A DNA stretch of 64,000 nt from Clostridia bacterium (GTDB taxonomy: Bacteria; Bacillota; Clostridia; Oscillospirales; CAG-272), in contig JAFXHH010000002.1 of assembly GCA_017536475.1 (NCBI GenBank), positions 926-64,925 of the forward strand, in the 5' to 3' direction. The notes beneath the pieces are model-generated. The model saw nothing but the letters and a program-made list of their open reading frames with translations, was not told the DNA's origin and did no database searches. This document shows positions 46,281 through 56,554 of the stretch, in pieces. The translations under genes were made by a program, and so were the position numbers. How positions within the stretch are numbered: position 1 is the first letter of the stretch; every line of letters starts with the position of its first letter.

Positions 46281-47669
46281 TTAATTTTCTTCTTCGTCAA
46301 GCGTCTTGGCAACTTCAAGCATTATGGCACATTCCATTCTCTTCTTGAAGAGCTCGCAGCCGTACTTGTAAACTCCGCGCACCGAGCCTGTCGAATGGTA
46401 AGCGTTCGCCGCGCAACCGCCCGAGCAGTAAAGGCGAGCCCAGCAATCGCGGCATTCGGGGCGTGAGTAGACGTTGCAAGATGCAAAATCGCACTGCGCT
46501 TCGTGGTTGGTAACGCCGTCCCAGACGTTTCCAAGCTTGAACTTCTCCTCGCCAACGAACTGGTGGCAGGGATAAAGATCTCCCCACGGCGTGACCGCCA
46601 TATATTCGGTTCCCGATCCACAGCCCGAAATACGCTTGTAAATACAAGGACCGCCCTTGAGATCGATCATATAGTGATAGAAGGTAAAGGGCTTACCCTC
46701 TCTGTGTCGCTTGAGCATAAGCTCGGCAAGCTTTTCGTACTGATCGAGCACGATCGGCAGATCCTCACGCGTCAGCGCGGAGGGATCGTCCTCTGCGGCA
46801 ACGACGGGCTCCATGGAAAGCTCGGTGAAGCCAAGCTCCAGCATCTTCTCAATATCCTTCAAAAAATCGGGATTGGCGTGTGTAAACGTGCCGCGCATGT
46901 AATAATCCTTGCCGCCGCGCGCCTCAACAAGCTTCTGGAACTTGGGAACTATCTTCTCCCAGCTTCCGTTACCCGCGTAGTCGACACGGTAGCGGTCGTG
47001 GACCTCTTTTCTGCCGTCGAGGCTGAGCACGACGTTCGAGCATTCTTTGTTGGCGAACTCGATCACGTCGTCGTCGATCAGAACGCCGTTGGTCGTGAGA
47101 GTAAAGCGGAAATTCTTGCCCGCCGCCTTCTCGATCGAGCGCGCGTAAGCAACAAGCTCTTTGACCACGTCAAAATTCATCAAGGGCTCGCCGCCGAAGA
47201 AGTCGACCTCCAGATTGTGTCTTCCCTTCGAGTTTTCAACAAGAAAATCAAGCGCTCTCTTTCCGACCTCAAAGCTCATCAAAGCTCTGTCGCCGTGATA
47301 TTTTCCCTGACTTGCAAAGCAATACGAGCAGTTGAGATTGCAGGTGTGCGCGATGTGCAGACAAAGCGCCTTGACAACACCCGCGCTCTTTTCCTTGAGC
47401 TTGCCCGCCATCGACTCAAAATTGTCGGGAGAAAAGAGCTTGCCCTCTCCCTTCAACGCCTCAATGTCCTCAAAGCAGCCCTCGAGCTCCTCGCGAGTGA
47501 CCGTATCGTCGGATGCGTACTTTTCAAGCATCGCCGCGATTATTTCCTCTTTCGAGTGATCCTCATACATAGCGATCACGTCGTAAACAACCTCGTCGAC
47601 AACGTGCACCGAGCCCGAGCAGATGTCAAGCACGATATTCAGCCCACCCAATTTATAACAATGTACCAT
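46281..47669 (-). CDS. scfB: SCIFF/ranthipeptide radical SAM-SPASM maturase
   Basis: N-terminal RRE-like region, CNLNCSYC, FFGGEP, SPASM GPCIYKRISGCGSG..YPCHQF..CRDCWARLYCSGGCAAN. Confidence 0.95.
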   Translation of the reverse strand: MVHCYKLGGLNIVLDICSGSVHVVDEVVYDVIAMYEDHSKEEIIAAMLEKYASDDTVTREELEGCFEDIEALKGEGKLFSPDNFESMAGKLKEKSAGVVKALCLHIAHTCNLNCSYCFASQGKYHGDRALMSFEVGKRALDFLVENSKGRHNLEVDFFGGEPLMNFDVVKELVAYARSIEKAAGKNFRFTLTTNGVLIDDDVIEFANKECSNVVLSLDGRKEVHDRYRVDYAGNGSWEKIVPKFQKLVEARGGKDYYMRGTFTHANPDFLKDIEKMLELGFTELSMEPVVAAEDDPSALTREDLPIVLDQYEKLAELMLKRHREGKPFTFYHYMIDLKGGPCIYKRISGCGSGTEYMAVTPWGDLYPCHQFVGEEKFKLGNVWDGVTNHEAQCDFASCNVYSRPECRDCWARLYCSGGCAANAYHSTGSVRGVYKYGCELFKKRMECAIMLEVAKTLDEEEN

Positions 47670-47704
47670 ATTTAGTAACTCCAAATCAAAATCTTATAAA
47701 ACAG

Positions 47705-47917
47705 TGCTATGGGGGAAGGATTGCCTTCCCCCATAAAAATCTTAAGAATTCACGAAATCGATAAAAATTCGCGCAGGCAAGGCGCTTGCCGATAGGCAAG
47801 CGGTCAGCAAGCCATAGCTGCGTATCGCACCACAGAAAGCAAGGCGCAGGCATAGTTTTTCTACGTCAAGCCGCTTGCAAGGAGCAACGAAGCATACGCG
47901 GATTTTTAGAAGGTCGA
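47705..47917. repeat. Structured REP-like intergenic element between scfA and scfB
   Basis: ATGGGGGAAGG-attg-CCTTCCCCCAT, CGCTTGCC-gata-GGCAAGCG, repeated GCAAGGCGC. Confidence 0.5.
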
Positions 47918-47918
47918 A

Positions 47919-48062
47919 TTACTTCTTATTTTCGCACTGCTGGTTTGCTATTCCGCAAGAGGTCTTGCAAGCAGACTGGCAAGAGGTCTGGCACTCGCCG
48001 CAACCACCGTTCTTAGCGGTCTCGCAAAGATTCTTGGTTTCAATAGTCTTAATACGCTTCAT
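47919..48062 (-). CDS. scfA: SCIFF ranthipeptide precursor (47 aa; not in the ORF track)
   Basis: MKRIKTIETKNLCETAKNGGCGECQTSCQSACKTSCGIANQQCENKK; GGAGG RBS; TTGACT-17 nt-TATAAT promoter. Confidence 0.97.
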   Translation of the reverse strand: MKRIKTIETKNLCETAKNGGCGECQTSCQSACKTSCGIANQQCENKK

Positions 48063-48243
48063 AGCATTTATCCTCCGATAAATTAGATTTACGGATACAT
48101 TATATCACAGACTTTCGCATAAGTCAATAAGATAAAGACAAATTTCTGAAATTTAATTTAACAAGGAATGAATCGGGCAATAAGTTGACAAACCCTTCGG
48201 CTTGTGATAAAATTAAATCAGAAATCTTTGAGGGGATAAAAAT

Positions 48244-51228
48244 ATGACTAAAAAAACCAAACTATCCAAACGCTTCTGGATCTCATTGGCGCTCTTTGGC
48301 CTGATGGGACAGATCGCGTGGGTCGTTGAGAATATGTATCTCAACGTCTTTATGTATAAAATGTTCAACGCCTCGGCGGCGGACATATCTAATATGGTAT
48401 CTGCAAGCGCGATCGCGGCAACCCTGACCACAGTGCTCGTAGGAGCTCTGTCGGACCGAGTCGGCAAGCGCAAGGTCTTTATCTGCGGAGGATATATCCT
48501 CTGGGGACTCTCGATCTTTGCGTTTTCACTGCTTAAAATCGATCTTCTCGAAGGCATCTTCCCTGCAGTAAGCGGCGCGGCACTCGGCATCACCTTGACG
48601 ATCGTGCTTGACTGTGTGATGACCTTTTTCGGTTCGTCGGCAAACGATGCGGCATTCAATGCCTGGCTGACCGACAGCACGGACAATACCAACCGCGGCA
48701 GCGCGGAGGGCATCAACGCAATGATGCCGCTGGTGGCAATACTCGCCGTGTTCGGCGGCTTTATGGCGTTCGACCTGAACAAAAGCGAAAGCTGGACGCT
48801 CATCTTCACGATCATCGGTGCTGCAACGCTCGCTATCGGAGTCCTCGGCATCTTCATAATCGAGGAAAAGGCGGTCAATCCCTCCGAGACGGGATATCTC
48901 AAAAACGTCATCTATGGCTTCCGCCCGTCAACCGTCAAGGCAAACCCGAGCTTTTATTTCTACCTCTCCGCATTCATAATCTTCAATATCTCAATACAGA
49001 TATTTATGCCCTACCTCATCATATACTACGAGGTATCGCTCGCTATGACAAACTACGTTCTGATAATGGCACCCGCCATCATTATTGCCTCGGTCGTCAC
49101 GGCGTTCTGGGGCAGAGTTTATGACAAAAAGGGCTTTTCGCTCACCTGCTTCTTCTCTCTGCTCTGGCTGTCGGTCGGATATATCGTACTCTTCCTTTTC
49201 CGTCAGACAGTGCCCGTATTTATCGGCTCGCTCCTTATGATGTGCGGATACCTCGCGGGAATGGCGGTGTTCGGCGCAAAGATCCGCGACCTGACCCCCG
49301 AGGATAAGGCGGGACGGCTTCAGGGCGTAAGAATATTCTCACAGGTGCTCGTTCCCGGCGTGGTCGGACCCTTTATCGGAAAGACCATACTCGCAAACGC
49401 CGAAAAGATAGTCAACAACGACGGCACCGAGTCCTTCGTACCAAACGCAAACATCTTCCTCGGTGCGCTGATCCCCATAATCCTGCTCGCACTCATTCTC
49501 CTGCTTGTAAAAAAAAAGCCAACGCTCAAAACCGATCTGAAAACACCCTTTGAGGACGACGAAACAAGCAACTGGATCGAGCACCCCCACCCGCAGATGA
49601 AAAGAGACGGCTATATGTCGCTCTGCGGCGATTGGCAGCTCTCCGTAGTCAAAAAAAGCAACAAAACCGACCTTGGCATCATCAAGGTCCCCTTCCCACC
49701 CGAATCAAGACTTTCGGGCATCCACCGAGAGCTGAAAAGGGGCGAAAAATACGTATACCGCAAAAGCTTCTCGCTGCCCGAAAATATGCAGGGCAAAAGA
49801 ACGATCATCCACTTTGAAGCGGTCGATCAGGTCGCCGAGGTCAACCTTAACGGAGAGCTCGTCGGCAGACATGTCGGTGGCTATCTCCCATTCTCGTTCG
49901 ACATCACCGAATATTTGTGCGACGGAGAAAATCTGCTCACAGTCGAGGTCACAGACAACTTTGACAAGGATCAGGCTTGGGGCAAGCAAAGAAAAAAGCG
50001 CGGAGGTATGTGGTACACCGCCACAAGCGGCATCTGGCAGGCGGTCTGGCTCGAATCCGTGCCCGAAAATTATATCCGTTCGCTCAAGATCACCCCAACA
50101 CTCGACAGCGTTACGATCGAGATCGAAGGTGGCGAGGACGAAAAGCTCCTCACACTGACAAGCTCAGGTACCTCCTACAAATTCAACGGCAACAAAGCAA
50201 CTGTTGAGATCGATTCCCCTCGCCTCTGGTCGCCCGATGACCCATACCTCTACGAATTCACACTTGAATGCGGCAACGACCGTATAAGCTCATATTTCGC
50301 ACTCCGCACCGTCGGAATTGAAAAGGTCAACGGCAAAAACTATATCTGCCTCAACGGAAAGCCCTGTTTCTTCCACGGACTTCTCGACCAAGGCTACTTC
50401 AGCGACGGCATCTACACCCCCGCCACCCCCAAGGGCCTTGAAAACGACGTTTTGCAAATGAAAGAGCTCGGATTTAACATGCTCCGCAAGCATATCAAGA
50501 TCGAGCATGCTCTCTTTTACTACTACTGCGACAAGCACGGAATGATCGTATTTCAGGATATGGTCAACAGCGGCGGCTACAGCTTTCTTCTCGACACCGC
50601 CCTGCCCACCGTCGGCTTCAAAAAGGGACTTGACCGCCCCGCGCCGAAAGGTCGCCGCCAAGTTTTCGAAGAAAACAGCGCCGAGACGGTCAATATGCTC
50701 TATAATCACCCCTCGGTCTGCTACTACACGATCTTCAATGAGGGCTGGGGGCAGTTCGACGCCGACGGAAACTATAAGCGACTCAAAGCGCTTGATCCCA
50801 CAAGAGTCTGGGACGCAACGTCGGGTTGGTTTATCGAAAAAGAAAGCGATGTTACAAGCGAGCACGTCTATTTCAAAAAGCTCGACCTCAAAAATGATCC
50901 CGACCGCCCCCTCGTGCTTTCGGAATTCGGCGGCTACGCCCACAAGATATCCGGCCACTCCTTCAATCTCGATAAGACCTACGGATATTCGATGATCTCC
51001 GACGGAGAAAGCTTCGCCTCGGCGCTTGAGGCTCTCTATCGTAACGAGGTCATCCCGATGATAGATCGCGGGCTCTGTGCCACGGTATACACGCAGGTCA
51101 GCGACGTCGAGGACGAGACCAACGGCCTCATTACCTACGACCGTCAGCACCTCAAGGTCGATCAAGCAAGAATGAAGGCGCTCTCGAACGACGTTTTCCG
51201 CGCCTTCAACTCGCAATTTGACCGCTAA
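48244..51228 (+). CDS. MFS transporter fused to a GH2 glycoside hydrolase
   Basis: First ~420 aa: 12-TM MFS (GALSDRVGKRK); remainder GH2 (VPFPPES, HFEAVD, GKQ..WYT..SGIWQ, GLLDQG, RKHIK, FNEGWG, LSEFGG); TTGACA/TAAAAT promoter. Confidence 0.9.
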   Translation: MTKKTKLSKRFWISLALFGLMGQIAWVVENMYLNVFMYKMFNASAADISNMVSASAIAATLTTVLVGALSDRVGKRKVFICGGYILWGLSIFAFSLLKIDLLEGIFPAVSGAALGITLTIVLDCVMTFFGSSANDAAFNAWLTDSTDNTNRGSAEGINAMMPLVAILAVFGGFMAFDLNKSESWTLIFTIIGAATLAIGVLGIFIIEEKAVNPSETGYLKNVIYGFRPSTVKANPSFYFYLSAFIIFNISIQIFMPYLIIYYEVSLAMTNYVLIMAPAIIIASVVTAFWGRVYDKKGFSLTCFFSLLWLSVGYIVLFLFRQTVPVFIGSLLMMCGYLAGMAVFGAKIRDLTPEDKAGRLQGVRIFSQVLVPGVVGPFIGKTILANAEKIVNNDGTESFVPNANIFLGALIPIILLALILLLVKKKPTLKTDLKTPFEDDETSNWIEHPHPQMKRDGYMSLCGDWQLSVVKKSNKTDLGIIKVPFPPESRLSGIHRELKRGEKYVYRKSFSLPENMQGKRTIIHFEAVDQVAEVNLNGELVGRHVGGYLPFSFDITEYLCDGENLLTVEVTDNFDKDQAWGKQRKKRGGMWYTATSGIWQAVWLESVPENYIRSLKITPTLDSVTIEIEGGEDEKLLTLTSSGTSYKFNGNKATVEIDSPRLWSPDDPYLYEFTLECGNDRISSYFALRTVGIEKVNGKNYICLNGKPCFFHGLLDQGYFSDGIYTPATPKGLENDVLQMKELGFNMLRKHIKIEHALFYYYCDKHGMIVFQDMVNSGGYSFLLDTALPTVGFKKGLDRPAPKGRRQVFEENSAETVNMLYNHPSVCYYTIFNEGWGQFDADGNYKRLKALDPTRVWDATSGWFIEKESDVTSEHVYFKKLDLKNDPDRPLVLSEFGGYAHKISGHSFNLDKTYGYSMISDGESFASALEALYRNEVIPMIDRGLCATVYTQVSDVEDETNGLITYDRQHLKVDQARMKALSNDVFRAFNSQFDR

Positions 51229-51390
51229 AATCGAAATTTTTCCCAAGCCCCGAAAAATCGGGGCTTTTTCAACCGTAAGTTGTCGTAATATAAATATAAA
51301 TATATAAATTTATATTGACTTTTCCCCAAAAGTGTGTTAAAATCGAGTTTAATAGCTTTATTTTTCAGAACACAGATAGGAGGGATTTGT

Positions 51391-53199
51391 TTGATATTCG
51401 GAAAGCACATAAACCGATATTATCTCAAATACTTGCCCATGCTGCTATTGGGCGCACTTGCGCTTGTCCTCGTGGACTATATGCAGCTGGTCATCCCGGA
51501 GCTTTACGGAGCAGTCATCGAAGGAATCGAAGACGGCTACGTAATCGATTCTTCAACTAACATCAAGTATATCTTCAATTTGAATTACGTATTAGACCAT
51601 ATCTGCAGACCCATGCTCTTCGTCATTCTCTCGCTCGTATTCGGCAGATTTTTATGGCGAGTCTGCTTCTTCGGCGCAGGTATCAAGCTGGAAACAGACC
51701 TCAGAGACAGAATGTTCGATCGCTGTAAGGATCTCTCCCAGCAGTATTATCAGGTCAACAAGGTGGGCAATATGATGTCCTTCTTTACCAACGACCTCGA
51801 CACCGTACAGGAGTGCTTCGGTTGGGGAATAATGATGTTCTTCGACGCAGTCGTGCTCGGCATACTCGCGATAATAAAAATGCTGAGAATGAACCCTCTG
51901 CTTGCCCTGCTTTGTATGATCCCTATGGTTTTGCTTCTCGTCTGCTCGCTTATCGTCGGCAGATACATGAGTAAGAAATGGGAAAAGAGACAGGAGGCAT
52001 TCTCGATGCTCTCCGACTTCTCGCAGGAGACCTTCGCGGGTATAGCGGTCATCAAAGCCTTCGTTAAAGAGGCTCACGAGCTGCTTGAATTCAAAAAGCT
52101 CAGCAAGATCAACGAGGACAGAAACGTCGAATACACGAAGCTCTCCGTTCTTCTTCACGTAGCGCTCACCCTTCTTATAGAATCCGTAGTCTGCGTTATC
52201 CTCGGTTACGGCGGATATCTGGTATATACCGAGACCTTTAAGGCGGCACAGCTCGTCGAGTTCATCGGTTATTTCAACGCGATCATCTGGCCCATTATGG
52301 CAGTATCCGAGCTTATCGGTATGCACGCGCAGGGCAAAGCGTCGCTCAACCGTATCAGCGAGCTGCTCGACTCCACCCCCGACGTATTTGACAAGCCAGA
52401 CGTAGAGGACATGCCCGAGATCCGCGGAAATATCGATTTCAAAGACCTCACCTTCCGCTATCCCGACGGCGAGTTCGACGTGCTCCATAACGTGAGCTTC
52501 TCTATAAAAGCGGGAGAAAACGTAGGAATCATCGGACGCACGGGCTCGGGTAAAACGACTATCGTCGACCTGATCCTGCGTACCTACAACGTCCCCGAGG
52601 GAACGGTATTTATTGATGGCAAGGACGTCAATCATATCCCGATAAAGACGGTCCGCGCAGGTGCGGCATACGTCCCACAGGATAATTTCCTGTTCAGCGA
52701 CACCATCGAAAACAACATAAGCTTCGCAACCGACGGAGGAAACTACGACGACGTCGAGTATGCCGCAAAAATGGCGGACGTACACGACAACATCGCCGAA
52801 TTCCCCTTGCAATATCAAAGCGTCCTCGGCGAGCGAGGAGTTACCGTTTCGGGCGGACAGAAGCAGCGAATTTCTATCGCACGCGCGCTTATGAAGAACG
52901 CACCCATACTTATTCTCGACGACTCTGTCTCGGCAGTTGACGTTAAGACCGAAAAGGCGATACTCGGAAATCTCCGTCAGATCAGAGGCGGAAAGACCAC
53001 CATACTTATCGCGCACAGAGTCAGCACGGTAGAACAGATGGATAAGATAATCTTCGTAAACGAGGGCGAAATACTCGCGGTCGGAAGCTACGAGGAGCTC
53101 TGCCAGAGCTGTCCCGAATTCAAAAATCTCGTCGACCTGCAAAAGCTGGACGACGCAGACGATAGCGAAGGTCAAAAGGAGGTAGAAGAAAATGCATGA
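51391..53199 (+). CDS. Heterodimeric ABC exporter subunit 1 (TMD + NBD)
   Basis: TTG start after GGAGG; GRTGSGKT, VSGGQKQR, degenerate LILDDS. Confidence 0.92.
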   Translation: MIFGKHINRYYLKYLPMLLLGALALVLVDYMQLVIPELYGAVIEGIEDGYVIDSSTNIKYIFNLNYVLDHICRPMLFVILSLVFGRFLWRVCFFGAGIKLETDLRDRMFDRCKDLSQQYYQVNKVGNMMSFFTNDLDTVQECFGWGIMMFFDAVVLGILAIIKMLRMNPLLALLCMIPMVLLLVCSLIVGRYMSKKWEKRQEAFSMLSDFSQETFAGIAVIKAFVKEAHELLEFKKLSKINEDRNVEYTKLSVLLHVALTLLIESVVCVILGYGGYLVYTETFKAAQLVEFIGYFNAIIWPIMAVSELIGMHAQGKASLNRISELLDSTPDVFDKPDVEDMPEIRGNIDFKDLTFRYPDGEFDVLHNVSFSIKAGENVGIIGRTGSGKTTIVDLILRTYNVPEGTVFIDGKDVNHIPIKTVRAGAAYVPQDNFLFSDTIENNISFATDGGNYDDVEYAAKMADVHDNIAEFPLQYQSVLGERGVTVSGGQKQRISIARALMKNAPILILDDSVSAVDVKTEKAILGNLRQIRGGKTTILIAHRVSTVEQMDKIIFVNEGEILAVGSYEELCQSCPEFKNLVDLQKLDDADDSEGQKEVEENA

Positions 53200-55081
53200 G
53201 TTCTATCCCATTTTGATCGTAGGCGCTATCATCGGCGCATTCGCAACAATATTTATTATCGCATTCGCGACTATGAAGGACAAAAAGGAAGCCATCGGCT
53301 TTGAGCGTGACATGAAGGACTCGGTCATAATCAAGAGACTTCTGAAATACGCTAAGCCCTATTGGCCTCAGTTCCTTTTGGTTCTCATTCTTATGATCTT
53401 CTCGATCGCACACGAGATCATCTCCCCTCTTATCATGGGCGATCTCATCGATATGGTCGGCGAGGGAAGCTTCTCTCTTTCAGATCTTTACGTTCGCATC
53501 ATATCTTACGCGGCGATACTGTTAGTCTCGCTGATCAGCACGTATTTCCAATCGATCATTCTTCAAAAGACGGGACAGCGCATAGTATCCAATATCCGTG
53601 AGGATCTTTTCCATCACATCGAAAATCTTTCTCACGATCAGCTCAATAAGATACCCGTCGGAACTCTGGTCACGCGAGTTACCAACGACACCAACGCCAT
53701 CTCGATAACCTTTACCAATATTCTCGTAAATCTTATCAAGAATATGTTTATCATAATCGGCGTTCTCGGAGCGATGCTCCTGCTCAACTATATGCTGACG
53801 CTGGTAGTACTTTGCTTCGTGCCCTTCGTCGTTCTCTTCACCGTAATCTTCCGTAAATTCTCGCGCCGCGCTCACCGTCAGGTAAAGGACGGCACGACCG
53901 ATATCAATATCTTCCTCTCTGAAAACCTCTCGGGAATGAAGATCATTCAGATCTTTAACCGCGAGGAACGCAAAAAGGAAGAGTTCCAAAAGAAAAACCG
54001 CAAGCTTGGCAAGGCAAAAATGGGTCAGATGTTCGTGTTTGGCATATTCAGACCTATGGTCTATATGCTCTACATCTCCTCCGTACTCTGCCTGTTCTAC
54101 TTTGGAGCAAGAGGCAAGCTTGAGGGCTGGGAATTTCTTGGTCAGGCGATAGAGGTCAACGTGATCGTTGCGTTCTATCAGTACATCAATAAGTTCTTCA
54201 ACCCCATACAGAACCTCGCCGAGCAGTTCAACCGTCTTCAAGCGACCTTCGCCTCCTCGGAAAAGATATATAAGATATTCGACATCGTTCCCGAGGTGGT
54301 GGACGAGCCCGATGCGATCGAGCTTGAAACCGTCAAGGGAGACATCGAATTCAGAAACGTATGGTTCTCCTACCTGCCTGACGAGTGGGTGCTCAAGGAC
54401 GTCTCCTTCAAGGTCAACGCGGGCGACACCGTAGCCTTTGTCGGCTCAACGGGCTCGGGTAAGACCACGATCCTCTCGCTCATCTGCCGCAATTACGACA
54501 TACAAAAGGGCGAGATCCTGATCGACGGCATCAACATCAAAAAGATCAAGATCAGCTCCCTGCGCCGTCACTTCGGTCAGATGCTTCAGGACGTATTTCT
54601 CTTTGCGGGAACTATCCGTTCCAATATAATCCTCGGACTTGACAACGTCAGCGACGACGAGATAAACGCAGCCTGCAAATACGTCAACGCCGATAGCTTT
54701 ATAAACAAGCTCTCGGGAGGACTTGACGAAGTCGTAAGAGAGCGCGGAAACAACTTCTCCGCAGGACAAAGACAGCTGATCAGCTTTGCAAGAACGATCA
54801 TCCATAAGCCCTCCGTCATGATTCTCGACGAGGCGACCGCCAACATCGACACCGAGACCGAGGTGCTCATTCAGGATTCGCTCGAAAAGATGATGAACAT
54901 CGGAACTATGCTTATGGTAGCTCACCGCCTTTCCACGATTCAGCACGCCGACAATATCATCGTGCTCTCTCACGGAAGGATAATAGAGCAAGGCAACCAT
55001 AGCGCTCTGCTCCAAAACAAAGGTCATTATTACCGCCTCTACACTCTCCAATATCACAAGGAGCAGCTTGGCGGGAAATAA
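53192..55081 (+). CDS. Heterodimeric ABC exporter subunit 2 (TMD + NBD)
   Basis: GSTGSGKT, FSAGQRQ, ILDEATAN, AHRLST; overlaps subunit 1. Confidence 0.92.
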   Translation: MHEFYPILIVGAIIGAFATIFIIAFATMKDKKEAIGFERDMKDSVIIKRLLKYAKPYWPQFLLVLILMIFSIAHEIISPLIMGDLIDMVGEGSFSLSDLYVRIISYAAILLVSLISTYFQSIILQKTGQRIVSNIREDLFHHIENLSHDQLNKIPVGTLVTRVTNDTNAISITFTNILVNLIKNMFIIIGVLGAMLLLNYMLTLVVLCFVPFVVLFTVIFRKFSRRAHRQVKDGTTDINIFLSENLSGMKIIQIFNREERKKEEFQKKNRKLGKAKMGQMFVFGIFRPMVYMLYISSVLCLFYFGARGKLEGWEFLGQAIEVNVIVAFYQYINKFFNPIQNLAEQFNRLQATFASSEKIYKIFDIVPEVVDEPDAIELETVKGDIEFRNVWFSYLPDEWVLKDVSFKVNAGDTVAFVGSTGSGKTTILSLICRNYDIQKGEILIDGINIKKIKISSLRRHFGQMLQDVFLFAGTIRSNIILGLDNVSDDEINAACKYVNADSFINKLSGGLDEVVRERGNNFSAGQRQLISFARTIIHKPSVMILDEATANIDTETEVLIQDSLEKMMNIGTMLMVAHRLSTIQHADNIIVLSHGRIIEQGNHSALLQNKGHYYRLYTLQYHKEQLGGK

Positions 55082-55084
55082 CTC

Positions 55085-56503
55085 ATGAATAAAATAAATG
55101 TAAATTCAAAGAAATTACCCCTTAACCTTTGGAGTAAGGGCTTCTGGAGGGCGGCGTTGGCACTTGCCCTGCCCATAGCCTTTCAGAATATGCTGGCATC
55201 CTCCTTCAGCCTGGTCGATACCTTAATGGTCAGTCAGCTTGGCACAATATCGCTGTCCTCGGTCAATATGGCAGGACAGTGGAGCTGGCTTTTCAGCATG
55301 GTCATCTTCGGAATCACGTCGGGAGCGTCGGTTTTCGCCTCTCAGTACTGGGGCGAGAAAAACGTCAGCGGAATACACAAGATCCAAGGAATATCGATCA
55401 TCTCCGCGCTTTTCATCTCCCTTATATTTACCCTCGTGGCGCTGATAACGCCCGAGTGGGTGATCTCACTCTTCAACGATGACCCCGACGTAATAGCGAC
55501 GGGCTCTGAATATCTGCGCTTCGCCTGCATCTCCTTCCCCGCGATCGCGCTTACTCAGGTGTTTGGCGCGATACTGCGCGCGGTCGAGCGTCCTATGCTG
55601 CCGACCTTTACTACGGGATTTTCCGCCGCACTGAACGCCTGCCTCAACTACCTGCTCATTTTCCCCGCAGGAATGGGTGTCAGGGGCGCGGCGATCGCCA
55701 CGGCTATCTCGTCGTGGATCTCCCCATTGATCATCATCGCAGTATCCCTGATACAGAAGAACATCCTGATCGCTCCGCTTCGCGAGGTGTTCGCCTTTGA
55801 CCGTAAAACCATCGGCCAATTTTTCAGAAAAGCGTCTCCCGTCATCGCAAACGAATCAATGTGGGGACTCGGCACCACGGTGTATAACATGATATTCGCC
55901 AACATCGGATATGAGGAATACGCCGCCATCGCCATAGTAAAAACCTTTGAAAACTTCGCCTTCTGCTTTTTCATCGGAATCTGCACCGCCTGCTGCGTTA
56001 TGGTGGGCAAATCGGTCGGTGCGGGACAGATCAGAGAAAGCATCCGCGATTCAAAGCGATTTCTTATCATCATGCCCATCGTTTCGATCATTGTCGGTGC
56101 GATAATGATCTTAGCAAGAGATCCGCTGATCTCCTTGTTCAATATGGGCAACAATATCTCTCAGTACTCTCTGGACCTTGCCGGCAAGATCGTTATCATC
56201 GTCAGTGTCTGGTCGGCGGTGAGAAACATCCCCTATATCACCGTTGTAGGCATATTCCGATCGGGCGGAGACACCACGATGGGAACGATCATAGAGCTTG
56301 TCGTTCTCTGGTGCTTCTCAGTGCCGATGACCTTTATCGCCGCTAACGTCTGGCATCTTCCCTTCCTTGCGGTATATGCAATTATGTATCTCTGCGAGGA
56401 TATCCCCAAATCGATATTCTTCCTAATATATTGGCGCTCGGGCAAGTGGATCCGCCCCGTAACCGAGGCAGGCGTACAGGGACTACAGGAAATTTCACAG
56501 TAA
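55085..56503 (+). CDS. MATE family efflux transporter
   Basis: LALPIAFQN..VDTLMV, SQYWG, GIFRSGGDT; about 12 TM. Confidence 0.9.
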   Translation: MNKINVNSKKLPLNLWSKGFWRAALALALPIAFQNMLASSFSLVDTLMVSQLGTISLSSVNMAGQWSWLFSMVIFGITSGASVFASQYWGEKNVSGIHKIQGISIISALFISLIFTLVALITPEWVISLFNDDPDVIATGSEYLRFACISFPAIALTQVFGAILRAVERPMLPTFTTGFSAALNACLNYLLIFPAGMGVRGAAIATAISSWISPLIIIAVSLIQKNILIAPLREVFAFDRKTIGQFFRKASPVIANESMWGLGTTVYNMIFANIGYEEYAAIAIVKTFENFAFCFFIGICTACCVMVGKSVGAGQIRESIRDSKRFLIIMPIVSIIVGAIMILARDPLISLFNMGNNISQYSLDLAGKIVIIVSVWSAVRNIPYITVVGIFRSGGDTTMGTIIELVVLWCFSVPMTFIAANVWHLPFLAVYAIMYLCEDIPKSIFFLIYWRSGKWIRPVTEAGVQGLQEISQ

Positions 56504-56554
56504 AAATCAAAAGAGGCAAGCCTTATGGCTTGCCTCTTTCTTTTTGTAAACAGA

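Noticed and set aside
51391-55081. Degenerate Walker B (LDDS) and signature (FSAGQ) in the ABC pair
   Set aside because: This is the normal asymmetry of heterodimeric ABC exporters
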